Positions 24,731 to 33,318 of a stretch of DNA of 64,000 nucleotides are shown piece by piece (position 1 is the first letter of the stretch; every line of letters starts with the position of its first letter). The DNA is from Candidatus Dormiibacterota bacterium (GTDB lineage Bacteria; Chloroflexota; Dormibacteria; Aeolococcales; Aeolococcaceae). Under the pieces are notes generated by a model. It saw nothing but the letters and a program-made list of their open reading frames with translations. It was not told where the DNA came from and made no database searches. The DNA lies in NCBI GenBank assembly GCA_035938875.1, contig DASZGL010000069.1:13056-77055 (forward strand). Direction: 5' to 3'. The translations under genes and the position numbers were made by a program.

Positions 24731-26580
24731 GGGAGGATCTTCCAGGTGTCGATGATCGTCTGCGCCATCTGCTTCCAGATTGGAGCGGCGATGTAGGCGC
24801 CCTCGTGGATCGCGCTGGTGGTCTGCGGCAGACGGAGGACGACGAGCATGGTGAACTGCGGGTTGTTCGCCGGCAGGTAGCCGACGAAGGAGTCGATGGT
24901 GTTGTCGATGTAGTGGCCGTTGACGGCGACGCTCGCTGTCCCGGTCTTGCCGGCGATGTCGTACTTGAACGCGGGGATGCGGGCGAAGACGCCGGAGCCG
25001 AGGCGGTCGTCGACGACGCCGGTGAGCATCTTGGTCAGCGCCTGCGCGGTGTCGGTGGAGATCACCCGCCGCGACGCTGGCGAGAACGGAGTCTCCCGTC
25101 CGGTGGCCGGATCGACGACCGCCTCGACCGCGTGCGGCTGCACCCAGACGCCGCCGTTGCCCACCGCGTTGACCGCGGCGATCATCTCCAGCGGCGTCAC
25201 CACCACGCTCTGCCCATACGACGCCTCGGCGTAGTCGAGGGGGATCCAGCTCTTCTGCGCCTTGACAGGCTGGCTCACCTCGCCGGCGAGGTCGACGCCC
25301 GTGGGTGAGCCGATGCCGAAGGTGAGCAGGTTCTTGTAGTAGGCGTCGGGGCCCATCTGCTGCATGACGTGGATCGCGCCGTTGTTCATCGACTCGTCGA
25401 GGGCGCGCTGGATGGGGATGACGCCGTGCCCGTGGTTGTCGGAGTCGTGGATGAGGACACCATTGATGACGTTCTGCACCTCGTTGAAGGTGTCGGTCGG
25501 GGTGATCGCCTTGGTCTCGAGCCCGCCGGCGTAGGTCACCACCTTCATCACCGAGCCGGGTTCGTAGAGGTCGGCGATGCCGCGGTCGCGGAACAGCGCA
25601 GTGTCCATGGACGCGTAACGGTTGGCGTCGAAGGTCGGATACTGCGCCCAGCCGCGGATGGCGCCGGTGTGCGTGTCCATGATGATGATCTCGCCGGACT
25701 CGGACTGAGTGTTGACCGTCGCCTGGGCGATCGTCTGTTCGGCCCAGTACTGCACGGTGGAGTCGAGGCCGAGGCGCAGGTCACTACCGTTGTGCGGATC
25801 CGCGCGCTGCTCACGGCTGAGGACGATGGAGTTGCCCGCGGAGTCGCGCAGCGTCGTCTCCTTGCCGTCGATGCCCCGCAGCAACTTGTCGTAGTAGCCC
25901 TCGACGCCGTACTGCCCGGTGCCGTCGTGGTTGACGTAGCCGAGCAGGTTGGCGGCGAAGGACTCACCGGTGACCGGCGACGTCTGGTAGACGCGCTTCT
26001 CCTCGGGAATGGTGCCGATGCCGTAGAAGCCGAGCTTGTCGATCTGCTCCTTGGTCGTCTCCGGCACCTGGTGGGCGACGTAGACGAAGTCGCCGGTCTT
26101 GGTGAGCATGTCCTCGACCGCGCTCGGGCCCATGCCGAGCAGCGACGCCAGCGCGGTGGCGATGGGATGTCGCTGGTCGGGGTTGATAACCCCGGGGTCG
26201 GCGAAGACGCTGTAGACGGGGGTGTCGCTGGCGAGCAGACGGCCGTTGACGTCGAGGATGCGGCCGCGGTGCGCCGGCAGGTTGATGCTCAGCGCGTGTT
26301 GTGACGCGGCCAGACCGCTGAGCTTGGTGCCCTGGCGCACCTGGACGTCGAAGAGCCGCCAGGTGAGGATGACCGCCATCGCGGCGAAGGCGAGCAGCAG
26401 CCAGATCCCCCTTGCCCGGAAGTCGGGCTCCTCGGCGATGAACCAGCCGCGCAGGCGGGGTGCCCGCTGAGCCCGGACGATGCGGCGTTCGCCGGGTCCG
26501 GTCCTCGTCGGGCGTGCCCGCGGGCTTTCACCCCACGGATTCCGCGCCCGACCACCGCGAATCCGTGGGGGCCCCGTCAC
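24727..26580 (-). CDS. ftsI: division-specific class B penicillin-binding protein (transpeptidase)
   Basis: N-terminal TM anchor, PBP dimerisation region, and transpeptidase motifs in GSVMKV (SxxK), SDN (SxN) and KTGTA (KTG). Sits in the dcw position after ftsL. The GTG at 26578-26580 overlaps the ftsL-like stop. Confidence 0.85.
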   Translation of the reverse strand: MTGPPRIRGGRARNPWGESPRARPTRTGPGERRIVRAQRAPRLRGWFIAEEPDFRARGIWLLLAFAAMAVILTWRLFDVQVRQGTKLSGLAASQHALSINLPAHRGRILDVNGRLLASDTPVYSVFADPGVINPDQRHPIATALASLLGMGPSAVEDMLTKTGDFVYVAHQVPETTKEQIDKLGFYGIGTIPEEKRVYQTSPVTGESFAANLLGYVNHDGTGQYGVEGYYDKLLRGIDGKETTLRDSAGNSIVLSREQRADPHNGSDLRLGLDSTVQYWAEQTIAQATVNTQSESGEIIIMDTHTGAIRGWAQYPTFDANRYASMDTALFRDRGIADLYEPGSVMKVVTYAGGLETKAITPTDTFNEVQNVINGVLIHDSDNHGHGVIPIQRALDESMNNGAIHVMQQMGPDAYYKNLLTFGIGSPTGVDLAGEVSQPVKAQKSWIPLDYAEASYGQSVVVTPLEMIAAVNAVGNGGVWVQPHAVEAVVDPATGRETPFSPASRRVISTDTAQALTKMLTGVVDDRLGSGVFARIPAFKYDIAGKTGTASVAVNGHYIDNTIDSFVGYLPANNPQFTMLVVLRLPQTTSAIHEGAYIAAPIWKQMAQTIIDTWKILP

Positions 26581-27128
26581 GGGCTCGCGGCCTCGGCCTC
26601 GGTGGTCCCGAACTGTCCCATGAGCGCGGCGACGAGCGTCTGCACCGCGTCGCGCGGCGCCTGCAGCGGTCCCGTCGTCCCCGGCGCGGGCGGCACGGTG
26701 ACGCGGACGCTGCTCGCCGGGACGTACGCCCAGCGCACCGGCGCCTTCATGCCCAACTGCTGCGCCGCGGCGTCGATGCGCGCCGTCGAGCGCAGCTGGT
26801 CGAGCTGCTCACCGAGTCGCGTGTTCTCGCGCTGCAGCTCGGACTGCTGCGCGGCGAGGGTGGTCGCCTGGTACGTCGCCTGCGTCAGGTGCGCGGTCTG
26901 GGCGACGTAGGCGATGCCCACGCCGGCGCACACCGCGATGATCGGCAGCAGCGGGAAGGGCGTGCGCGGACCGCCGCGACGGCGGCGCGAGCGCAGGTTG
27001 CGCTCCTCCTCGACGGGGACGTCATCGGCGTCGGCCTCGGCGGCGTCGGCCGCGGCGATGGCGAAGACGTCGAAGGTCGCGTCGTCGAGGTCGAGGTATT
27101 GGTCTGGGGGTCGCCTGGTTGCGGGCAC
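26577..27128 (-). CDS. ftsL: FtsL-like cell division protein (TM plus coiled coil)
   Basis: Sits between rsmH and ftsI. Single TM (PLLPIIAVCAGVGIAYVA) followed by a heptad-like LAAQQSELQRENTRLGEQLDQLRS and AAAQQLGMKAP. Called from architecture and synteny. Confidence 0.6.
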   Translation of the reverse strand: MPATRRPPDQYLDLDDATFDVFAIAAADAAEADADDVPVEEERNLRSRRRRGGPRTPFPLLPIIAVCAGVGIAYVAQTAHLTQATYQATTLAAQQSELQRENTRLGEQLDQLRSTARIDAAAQQLGMKAPVRWAYVPASSVRVTVPPAPGTTGPLQAPRDAVQTLVAALMGQFGTTEAEAASP

Positions 27129-27207
27129 TGCCCCGATCTCCGGTGTGACTGTTGCTGGGACGGTGTCATGACGTTGTGCGGCGACGGTGCCTGGCGCCCG
27201 CCGGTGC

Positions 27208-28242
27208 CTAGGCGTCGGGGTCGAGCTTCTCCGCGACGCGGAGGCGGGCTGAACGAGCCCGCGGGTTGACGGCGAGCTCGGCGGGTGACGCCTTGATCGC
27301 CTTGCGAGTCAGCAGGAAGAGAGAGGCCCGATGGGCGCAGGTGCAGATGGGCTGTTGGGGTGGACAGAGACAGTTCTGTGCTGCGACGTGGAGTGCGTTC
27401 TTGACAAGGGTGTCCTCGAGGGAGTGGAAGGCGATGACCCCAAGACGCCCACCGGGCCGGAGTTCGTTGATGGCTGCCTGCAGCCCGCGCTCGAGGCTGT
27501 CCAGTTCGTGGTTGACCTCGATGCGAAGCGCCATGAAGGTGCGCGTCGCGGGATGGATCCGCTTCGGCCAGTACCGCCTCGGGATGGCCCGCTCGATCAG
27601 CTCGCGGAGCTCGGTCGTTGTGGTGATCGGCTGTTCCGATCGCCGCCGCGCGATGGCTCGGGTGATCGACGAGGCGAAACGCTCCTCGCCGTAGGTGCGG
27701 ATGACCCTGGTGAGCTCACCCTCGGAGAAGTGGTTGACGATGTCCGCGGCGGTGACGCCGGGAGCTTTGGGATCGAGGCGCATGTCCAGGGGTCCGTCGT
27801 GACGGAACCCGAATCCGCGCATCGGATCGTCGAGCTGCACCGAGGAGATGCCCAGGTCGAGCGCGATGCCGTCGACGGCGTCTATGTGGTGCCGCCGCAG
27901 GATCTTGCCGAGGTTGGCGAAATCATCGTGCTCGACGATGACGGCGCCCTTGTGTCCCGCGAAGTAGGTGCGGGCGCGCTCCACCGCGACCGGGTCGCGG
28001 TCGATGGCCAGGACGCGGCCGTCGGGTTGGACGCGCGCGAGAAGCGCGGCCGTCACCCCGCCGGCACCGAGGGTGCCGTCGACGACGGTCTGCCCCGGCC
28101 GGGGCTGCAGGTTCTCTATGAGTGGGTGTAGAAGGACCGGCCGGTGTCCCGCCCCTTCAGAGGGCGCGACACCGGGCGTGGCGATGCCTCGGATCTCGAT
28201 GTCCGCCACGGTCGACATGGAGACCACGGTAGGGGAAGTCAC
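27208..28242 (-). CDS. rsmH: 16S rRNA (cytosine1402-N4)-methyltransferase
   Basis: HRPVLL, VDGTLGAGG, DLGISSVQLD, RGFGF, GPLDMR, FHSLEDTLVK and NPRARSARLR. The start may instead be the internal ATG at 28216-28218. Confidence 0.9.
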   Translation of the reverse strand: MTSPTVVSMSTVADIEIRGIATPGVAPSEGAGHRPVLLHPLIENLQPRPGQTVVDGTLGAGGVTAALLARVQPDGRVLAIDRDPVAVERARTYFAGHKGAVIVEHDDFANLGKILRRHHIDAVDGIALDLGISSVQLDDPMRGFGFRHDGPLDMRLDPKAPGVTAADIVNHFSEGELTRVIRTYGEERFASSITRAIARRRSEQPITTTTELRELIERAIPRRYWPKRIHPATRTFMALRIEVNHELDSLERGLQAAINELRPGGRLGVIAFHSLEDTLVKNALHVAAQNCLCPPQQPICTCAHRASLFLLTRKAIKASPAELAVNPRARSARLRVAEKLDPDA

Positions 28243-28260
28243 GGATTCGCTGCCGGCCGC

Positions 28261-28728
28261 TCACGCGGTCGGTTGCCCCGCTGCCCGGGCCGCGGCGGCT
28301 CGGGCGGTGACGCGGTCGCTGAGGGTGGTGAAGGCCTTCTGGTCCATGGAGGCGTACTCCTCGTCCCAGACCTCCTCGCCGATGACCTCGACGCTGCTGC
28401 CGAGACCGACGAAGAAGGCGCGCTCCTTGATATGCGCCCAGCTGCGGTGGCCGGCGTCGAGGAGAAGACGACCCTGGGAGTCGAGCTCGACCTCGCGTGC
28501 CGAGGCGTACATGGTGCGGAGGAACTTGCGCTCCTCCTCGGGTGTCTCGGCGGTCAGCCGGTAGTCGCGTTCCAGCGCGGCCCACTCCTCGGGCGGGCGG
28601 ATCACAAGTCGGGCCTCCAACCCGTGGGCGATGACACTCCCCGGGGGCAGGCCGCGCCGGAACTGAGCCGGGACGGCGATCCGTCCCTTTCCATCGATCT
28701 GGTGGCGGTAGGAGCCGAGGAAGGCCAT
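28261..28728 (-). CDS. mraZ: transcriptional regulator MraZ
   Basis: MAFLGSYRHQIDGKGRIAVPAQFR, plus a second SpoVT/AbrB-like half (ELDSQGRLLL). First gene of the dcw cluster. Confidence 0.9.
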   Translation of the reverse strand: MAFLGSYRHQIDGKGRIAVPAQFRRGLPPGSVIAHGLEARLVIRPPEEWAALERDYRLTAETPEEERKFLRTMYASAREVELDSQGRLLLDAGHRSWAHIKERAFFVGLGSSVEVIGEEVWDEEYASMDQKAFTTLSDRVTARAAAARAAGQPTA

Positions 28729-28795
28729 GCGTCAGCGCCCTCCGTCGCCGGCCGTTGCGAGCCGGTGCGGAGTAGGTCGGAGCTGCTCATGTTCC

Positions 28796-28822
28796 CCACT
28801 TTTCACCACTTTCTTCCACCGC
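28796..28822 (-). promoter_or_regulatory. three direct GTGG-core repeats with exact 10-nt period upstream of mraZ (candidate MraZ operator)
   Basis: The minus strand reads GCGGTGG aag AAAGTGG tga AAAGTGG. On the plus strand CCAC sits at 28796, 28806 and 28816. The repeats lie 67-94 nt upstream of the mraZ ATG. They match the published pattern of MraZ boxes (10-nt-periodic direct repeats; AAAGTGG-type in Mollicutes). Confidence 0.6.
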
Positions 28823-29019
28823 TGGGCGAACGGTAGCAGCGGGCGAGTTCGCAGTCAACGCGAACATATGTACTGGTACAGCGCCGTGACATGGGTTGTG
28901 GGCGGAGGTGGCCAATACGCGCGGGCGCGCGGGCGAGGTGGTGTCCCTGGGCGTGGGGTTTCGGCCCTGGGAGGCGGTTCGTGGCGCGGGTGGCCGTCTC
29001 TGGTCGAGGGTAGACTCAG

Positions 29020-29410
29020 GCGGCAAGCCGGCCGGACGGCCGCGGGCGGTTTACTCCGTCCGAGGAAAGTCCGGGCTCCACAGAGCAAGGGCGCTGGGTA
29101 ACGCCCAGTCGGGGTGACCCGAAGGAGAGTGCCACAGAAAGGACACAGCGGCGGTCGCGCCATCGGCGCGGCTGCGGCAACGGTGAAATGGTGGGGTAAG
29201 AGCCCACCGGCGGCCGGGTGACCGGCCGGCCAGGTAAACCCCGCCCGGAGCAAGGCTGAACAGGGGCGGAGCGGTTCGCCGCTCCAGGGGCTGCTCGTCC
29301 CACGTCCCGGGTGAAGCCGCTCGAGGCGCCGGGTAACCGGCGTCGTAGATGGATGGCCGTCCTCACCGGCAACGGTGGGACAGAACCCGGCTTACAGGCC
29401 GGCTTGCACT
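29020..29410 (+). ncRNA. rnpB: RNase P RNA, bacterial type A
   Basis: GAGGAAAGTCCGGGCTCCACAGAGCAAGG, GGGTAACGCCCAGT, AGTGCCACAGAAA, GGTAAGAGCCCACC, GGTAAACCCCGCCCGGAGCAAGGC and ACAGAACCCGGCTTA. P1 pairing is GCAAGCCGGCC (29023-29033) with GGCCGGCTTGC (29397-29407). Ends are approximate, within about 10 nt. Confidence 0.9.
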
Positions 29411-29530
29411 GTTTCCCTTATCCCATAAGGGAGCGGAACCTGCCTTGCGCGTCGGAGTCTCTGCGGCTACGATTGAATTCGAGATGGGGGGACGAGGCTG
29501 CACGTCCGTCGCGTAGGGCTGGCGCCCGCC

Positions 29531-31015
29531 GTGCGCTTGGTGCGCAGCCATCGCCAGCGTGGTCGTTCCCATGCGCATGCAGTCGCGCTGGTCGTGGCGA
29601 TCGCCACAGTCGCGTGTGCCGCCTGCGGCGGCGGTAACGGGTCGTCGCCCTCGGCGGGGAGCACGAACTCGAAGGCGGCGCTCGAGTACGGGCTCGGTCC
29701 CGAGAAGAATGACCAGGTCACGTTTCAGCCCGACGTGGTCATCGTCTCCGGTGGGCCCGACTCGATCCGGTCGGTGAGCGACGGCGGCCTCACCTGGACG
29801 ATCGACGGCAGCGCGGCAGGGGTCCAGGACCTCACGCCGGGCAAGATCATGTTCGTTACCGGCCGCGGCGTGGGCCGCGTGCTCGCGATCGCCGACGCCG
29901 GGCCGGACCGCAAGGTGACCATCGGGCCGGTCACGGTCACCGACGTCATTCGCGATGGTACGTTCGAGCAATCCGGCATCTCGCTCGCCGACGCATTCGA
30001 GCACCAAGGCGTCCCCCCCGACTTCGAATCGGAGGACACGGGTCAGGCCACGCCAAGCGCACTGCTCTCGTCGACCGTCGCGCCGCAGGGCGTCGAGCTG
30101 GCGGCCGCGCACGGAACCGGCGCCGACGTCCGCCTCGTGGCGGACTCGGGTACGAACTGCTGCAGCCACATCCACGGGGCGATCAACAAAGACACCGGCG
30201 ACTTCAAGTTCTTCGGCACCGCCGACCTTGACATCGACAAGCCGGGCGCAACGTTCAAGCTCGCCATCACAGCGGGGGGCATCAAGCATGCCGAGCTGAA
30301 GGTCACAGGGGGGATGAGTCTCCACGTGGACTTTCAGGCCGGCGTCGAGCACGCGCAGGGTAGTCGCACGTTCCAGGTGCCTCTCGGGAGCGACTTCTCG
30401 GTGCCGCTCGGTCTGGTGCTCGGTGTGCCGCTCTCGGTCACCGTCCACCAATCGGTGCTCGTGAAGACCGCGTTCGGCGCGCAGGTGGGCACCATCAAGG
30501 GCGATGGGACCTTCGCGCTCGGCGCTGCGCTCGGCTTCTCCTACGACGGCTCGAAGTTCTCGAACGACAGCCAGATCAACTTCACGCGCAAACAGAGCCT
30601 CATCGATTCGCTGAAGGGAGTCCCAGTCGGCGTCATGGGCGTGGTCATCGATCACCTGACCAAGTTCACGGTGGGCTTCAGCGCCTTCGTGCTGACCGCT
30701 GGTGTCTACGTCCTGCTCGATACGAAAGTTGGTGCCACGCTGGGCTCAGGGCTCGGTGCGCCGCTCGCCGAATGCCGTGGCGTGGGAGTCGGCGTGTTCG
30801 CGAGCTTCGGGATCGGCTACACGCTACGGCAGTCGGTGGCGGATCTGGTGAACAAGTTCCTGAGCCTCTTCAAAGTGAAACCGATCAACCGGGAGGGTGG
30901 CATCAGATCGCCGCAGCAGAAACTGTTTTCAGCCGAGGAGGTAGTTCCGGACGTCGCGATCTGCGGCCACGCCGGTGACGCCGGCCCCGCCAGCGGAGGT
31001 GGCGGGGGCGGCTAG
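29531..31015 (+). CDS. secreted protein / probable lipoprotein of unknown function (494 aa)
   Basis: N-terminal basic region plus hydrophobic core and Cys (AVALVVAIATVACAACGGGNGSS). Beta-rich, Gly/Val-rich C-terminal half, ending GGGGGG. I recognise no domain. The antisense 430 aa ORF (29363..30655) is judged spurious. Confidence 0.55.
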   Translation: MRLVRSHRQRGRSHAHAVALVVAIATVACAACGGGNGSSPSAGSTNSKAALEYGLGPEKNDQVTFQPDVVIVSGGPDSIRSVSDGGLTWTIDGSAAGVQDLTPGKIMFVTGRGVGRVLAIADAGPDRKVTIGPVTVTDVIRDGTFEQSGISLADAFEHQGVPPDFESEDTGQATPSALLSSTVAPQGVELAAAHGTGADVRLVADSGTNCCSHIHGAINKDTGDFKFFGTADLDIDKPGATFKLAITAGGIKHAELKVTGGMSLHVDFQAGVEHAQGSRTFQVPLGSDFSVPLGLVLGVPLSVTVHQSVLVKTAFGAQVGTIKGDGTFALGAALGFSYDGSKFSNDSQINFTRKQSLIDSLKGVPVGVMGVVIDHLTKFTVGFSAFVLTAGVYVLLDTKVGATLGSGLGAPLAECRGVGVGVFASFGIGYTLRQSVADLVNKFLSLFKVKPINREGGIRSPQQKLFSAEEVVPDVAICGHAGDAGPASGGGGGG

Positions 31016-31030
31016 TCGGTGCCGTCGTGA

Positions 31031-31564
31031 TCAGATGCGAGACGCGAGCTTCTGTGCCGCCTGTTCCAGGGGTTGACGGTTCTCCGCAGGGTCATTGAGC
31101 AGAACAATCCCGATCTGCACCCAGGTCGCACCCTTGCGGAAGAAGATGGCGGAGTCCTCTTCCCAGGCCTCGTCGGCGGTCACGCCTTGGACTGCGGTGA
31201 AGGTGTGTCCGAGCCCCTTGTCGACGTCGTAGGTCTTCTTGGCGCCGTCACCGATGTACACGCTCACCTGCGCCGTCGGTCCTGAGGTCGGCCCGTTGTA
31301 GGTGCACGACGGGTTCTGTAGGTTACCGGGCTCCCCGGGGTTGAGCGGCGTGCGGACCAGGGCTTCGGCATCGGCCTGAGGGAAGAGCTTGCAGACGTCG
31401 AGGGTCGCTTGCGTCGTCGCCGTCGACGTTTCGGTGAGGTCCGACGCAGTGCTCGCCACCGCCGTCGACGTGCCTGACGACGCGGTCGAACTGGTGGACG
31501 CACCGCAACCGATGGCGACAGCGGCCGGCAGCACAAGCGCGGCTCCGACCACCCACTTTCTCAT
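31031..31564 (-). CDS. putative lipoprotein (DUF3558-like pattern)
   Basis: Trimmed to the ATG at 31562-31564: MRKWVVGAALVLPAAVAIGCGAS (lipobox), a Ser/Thr-rich linker, then LDVCKLFPQADAEALV and a second Cys (NPSCTY), as in actinobacterial DUF3558-type lipoproteins. The family call is tentative. Confidence 0.55.
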   Translation of the reverse strand: MRKWVVGAALVLPAAVAIGCGASTSSTASSGTSTAVASTASDLTETSTATTQATLDVCKLFPQADAEALVRTPLNPGEPGNLQNPSCTYNGPTSGPTAQVSVYIGDGAKKTYDVDKGLGHTFTAVQGVTADEAWEEDSAIFFRKGATWVQIGIVLLNDPAENRQPLEQAAQKLASRI

Positions 31565-31650
31565 GTGCGTGTCCCCTCTCCGACAGGTCGCGCGACACCG
31601 TACCACGCTGTAGCTCGCGTGTCAGCGATTCACGGCCACCCCGCCCGAAG

Positions 31651-33318
31651 TCACACCCGGCCGGCGACGCCCGTCGAACCCCGCAGTTTTCGGCGCCTCC
31701 ACCCCCTGACACGAATCAACCTGATGCCAGCGAACAATGTCGCGATCGCGACCAGCAACGTTGGTGCAACCGGTGGCCCGCCGGCCGTGATGGGTAGGCT
31801 CCCGGCCACCGGGACGTCGGGTAGGTTCCCGGCCACCGGGGCGTCGGGTAGGTTCACGGCCACCGAGCCTGTGTTGGCTGCGTGGAGGGTCGCGTGACTG
31901 AAGGCGCCCGCTGTCAGCTTCACGACATAGAAGCCCCAAAAACCATCGCTGTACCAGATCTCGTTGCGACTCGTGTCGAAAGTTGGCGAGCTCATCGCGA
32001 AGTTCCCGCCGTTGATACCAACGTAGGCCGGCGCTGCTCGCGTGGAAGGGGCGTTGAAGTACGCCATCTCGTAGGGTTTGGTGAGGTCCTCGATGTTGAA
32101 TACGCGTAGGCCGCTCATGATGAAGCTGCAGGCCACGTACTTCGGGTCAACCTCCGTCGGCACGTTGCAGTAGTGCCCTGCGTAACCCTGGACCGGGCTC
32201 TGGGCCCCGTAATCGTTTTGCTGGTCGCCCGCGCGCGCGTCGGTCTGGTTCACCGCCAGCCTCATGTTCGAGACGACGAACGGGTGGCGGTCATCGCGGA
32301 TGTCGATGATCCGGGCGGCGCCGACGCTGGCGTTGGGGTTATAGCCGCCGCTGCTGCCGGTGCCCCTGCTGTATTCATCGACCTCGGCAAGGTAGGGGTG
32401 GCCCTTCTCGAAGAAGGGGATGGCGTTCTGCGGAATGCTCACCTCCGGCCAGGTCAGCTTGCTCACGACGAGCACAGTGGGGTTCGGATGGTGGGCATTG
32501 ACTCCGCTGACGTCGAGGATGATCAGCCCCGGCAGACCAGTGTCCGCGATGTACAGCCGGTTGCCGTCATCGGACACGCTCATGCCATGCGGTGAATAGT
32601 TGGCTGTGACCCACAGCAGGCTCGGCACCTTTGGATTTGTGAGGTCGACCGCCGCCAGGGTGTGGCCGCCGGTCGAGCTGACGTAGAAGATCGTTCCATC
32701 GCGCGAGAAGGCGCTCTCGTGTCCGAGGATCCCCAGGGGAGTCGATGAGTCGAGCGCCGGGTGGCGGCAGTCCGTCGATACGTCGTACACGTCGACGAAG
32801 CCCGGATTGAAGGTCGGGTAGCCCATGTCAGCGACCAGCAGGCCGCGCTTCTGGTTGAGCCGCAGTGACTCGTGGGGCGAGAGCATCGCCGGGGTGGTGA
32901 GGTTGGTCGTGAACACCGGGTGCGCATGGTCGGTCATGTCGAGGACATAGACACCGATTTCCGAGTTGGCGCCATTCTTCAGGTTGGTGGGGAACAGCAG
33001 GGTGCTGTCGTAGAACGCGCACTCATGGCCGGCCGCATCGATGTAGCGCTCGACGCGGAATCCACCCGTGTTGCCCTCTTGCCCAACCAGGGCTGTATTG
33101 CACCTGTACCCCTTGGCGGCGCGGCCGTTGTCGACCTCGGCCTTGGGCACACGGCCCTGCACCCCGGTTTCGGGCAAGGACTGGCTGTCGCAGGGAAGCT
33201 GTGGCGTGGGGCCGCTATGGGGCGGGTTGGCGGCCTGAACCGGCGTTGTCAGCAAGATCGCCAGCGCCGTGAGGCCAGGAATCCGCAACAAGTGCGCCAC
33301 GCGAATCATCACACCCAT
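31651..33318 (-). CDS. secreted beta-propeller-like protein (LVIVD-repeat-like) with C-terminal TM anchor
   Basis: Signal peptide ending VQA-AN. Recurrent strand motifs LLVADMG, RLYIADTG, GLIILDVS, ARIIDIRD and LRVFNIED. C-terminal NLPDAPVAG/NLPDVPVAG/SLPITAGG repeats, then a TM helix and an Arg-rich tail. The start may be the second ATG (33309), which has better SD spacing. Confidence 0.7.
   Translation of the reverse strand: MGVMIRVAHLLRIPGLTALAILLTTPVQAANPPHSGPTPQLPCDSQSLPETGVQGRVPKAEVDNGRAAKGYRCNTALVGQEGNTGGFRVERYIDAAGHECAFYDSTLLFPTNLKNGANSEIGVYVLDMTDHAHPVFTTNLTTPAMLSPHESLRLNQKRGLLVADMGYPTFNPGFVDVYDVSTDCRHPALDSSTPLGILGHESAFSRDGTIFYVSSTGGHTLAAVDLTNPKVPSLLWVTANYSPHGMSVSDDGNRLYIADTGLPGLIILDVSGVNAHHPNPTVLVVSKLTWPEVSIPQNAIPFFEKGHPYLAEVDEYSRGTGSSGGYNPNASVGAARIIDIRDDRHPFVVSNMRLAVNQTDARAGDQQNDYGAQSPVQGYAGHYCNVPTEVDPKYVACSFIMSGLRVFNIEDLTKPYEMAYFNAPSTRAAPAYVGINGGNFAMSSPTFDTSRNEIWYSDGFWGFYVVKLTAGAFSHATLHAANTGSVAVNLPDAPVAGNLPDVPVAGSLPITAGGPPVAPTLLVAIATLFAGIRLIRVRGWRRRKLRGSTGVAGRV
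31792..31865. repeat. 27-bp tandem repeat, about 2.7 copies, inside the propeller gene 3' region
   Basis: Copies are GGGTAGGCTCCCGGCCACCGGGACGTC, then GGGTAGGTTCCCGGCCACCGGGGCGTC, then GGGTAGGTTCACGGCCACCG. On the minus strand they encode the NLPD(A/V)PVAG peptide repeats. Confidence 0.8.

Noticed and set aside
29363-30655. 430 aa minus-strand ORF antisense to the 494 aa secreted-protein gene.
   Set aside because: Its composition is Arg/Asp/Ala/His-rich with no signal, motif or plausible start context. It is fully embedded opposite a frame that has a clear export signal. Long antisense ORFs are expected by chance at this GC content.
31660-31800. LPITAGG followed by a TM helix and a basic tail, considered as a sortase (LPXTG-type) cell-wall sorting signal.
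   Set aside because: The motif is just the third copy of the LPD(A/V)PVAG repeat. The residue after T is A, not G. The charged tail is about 23 residues, much longer than typical sorting signals. No sortase is present in the window. A plain C-terminal membrane anchor is the simpler reading.
31792-31865. Tandem repeats considered as a possible CRISPR array or minisatellite.
   Set aside because: There are only about 2.7 contiguous copies of 27 bp, with no spacers, lying in frame inside a coding region. It is not a CRISPR array. No repeat-spacer architecture was seen anywhere in the window.
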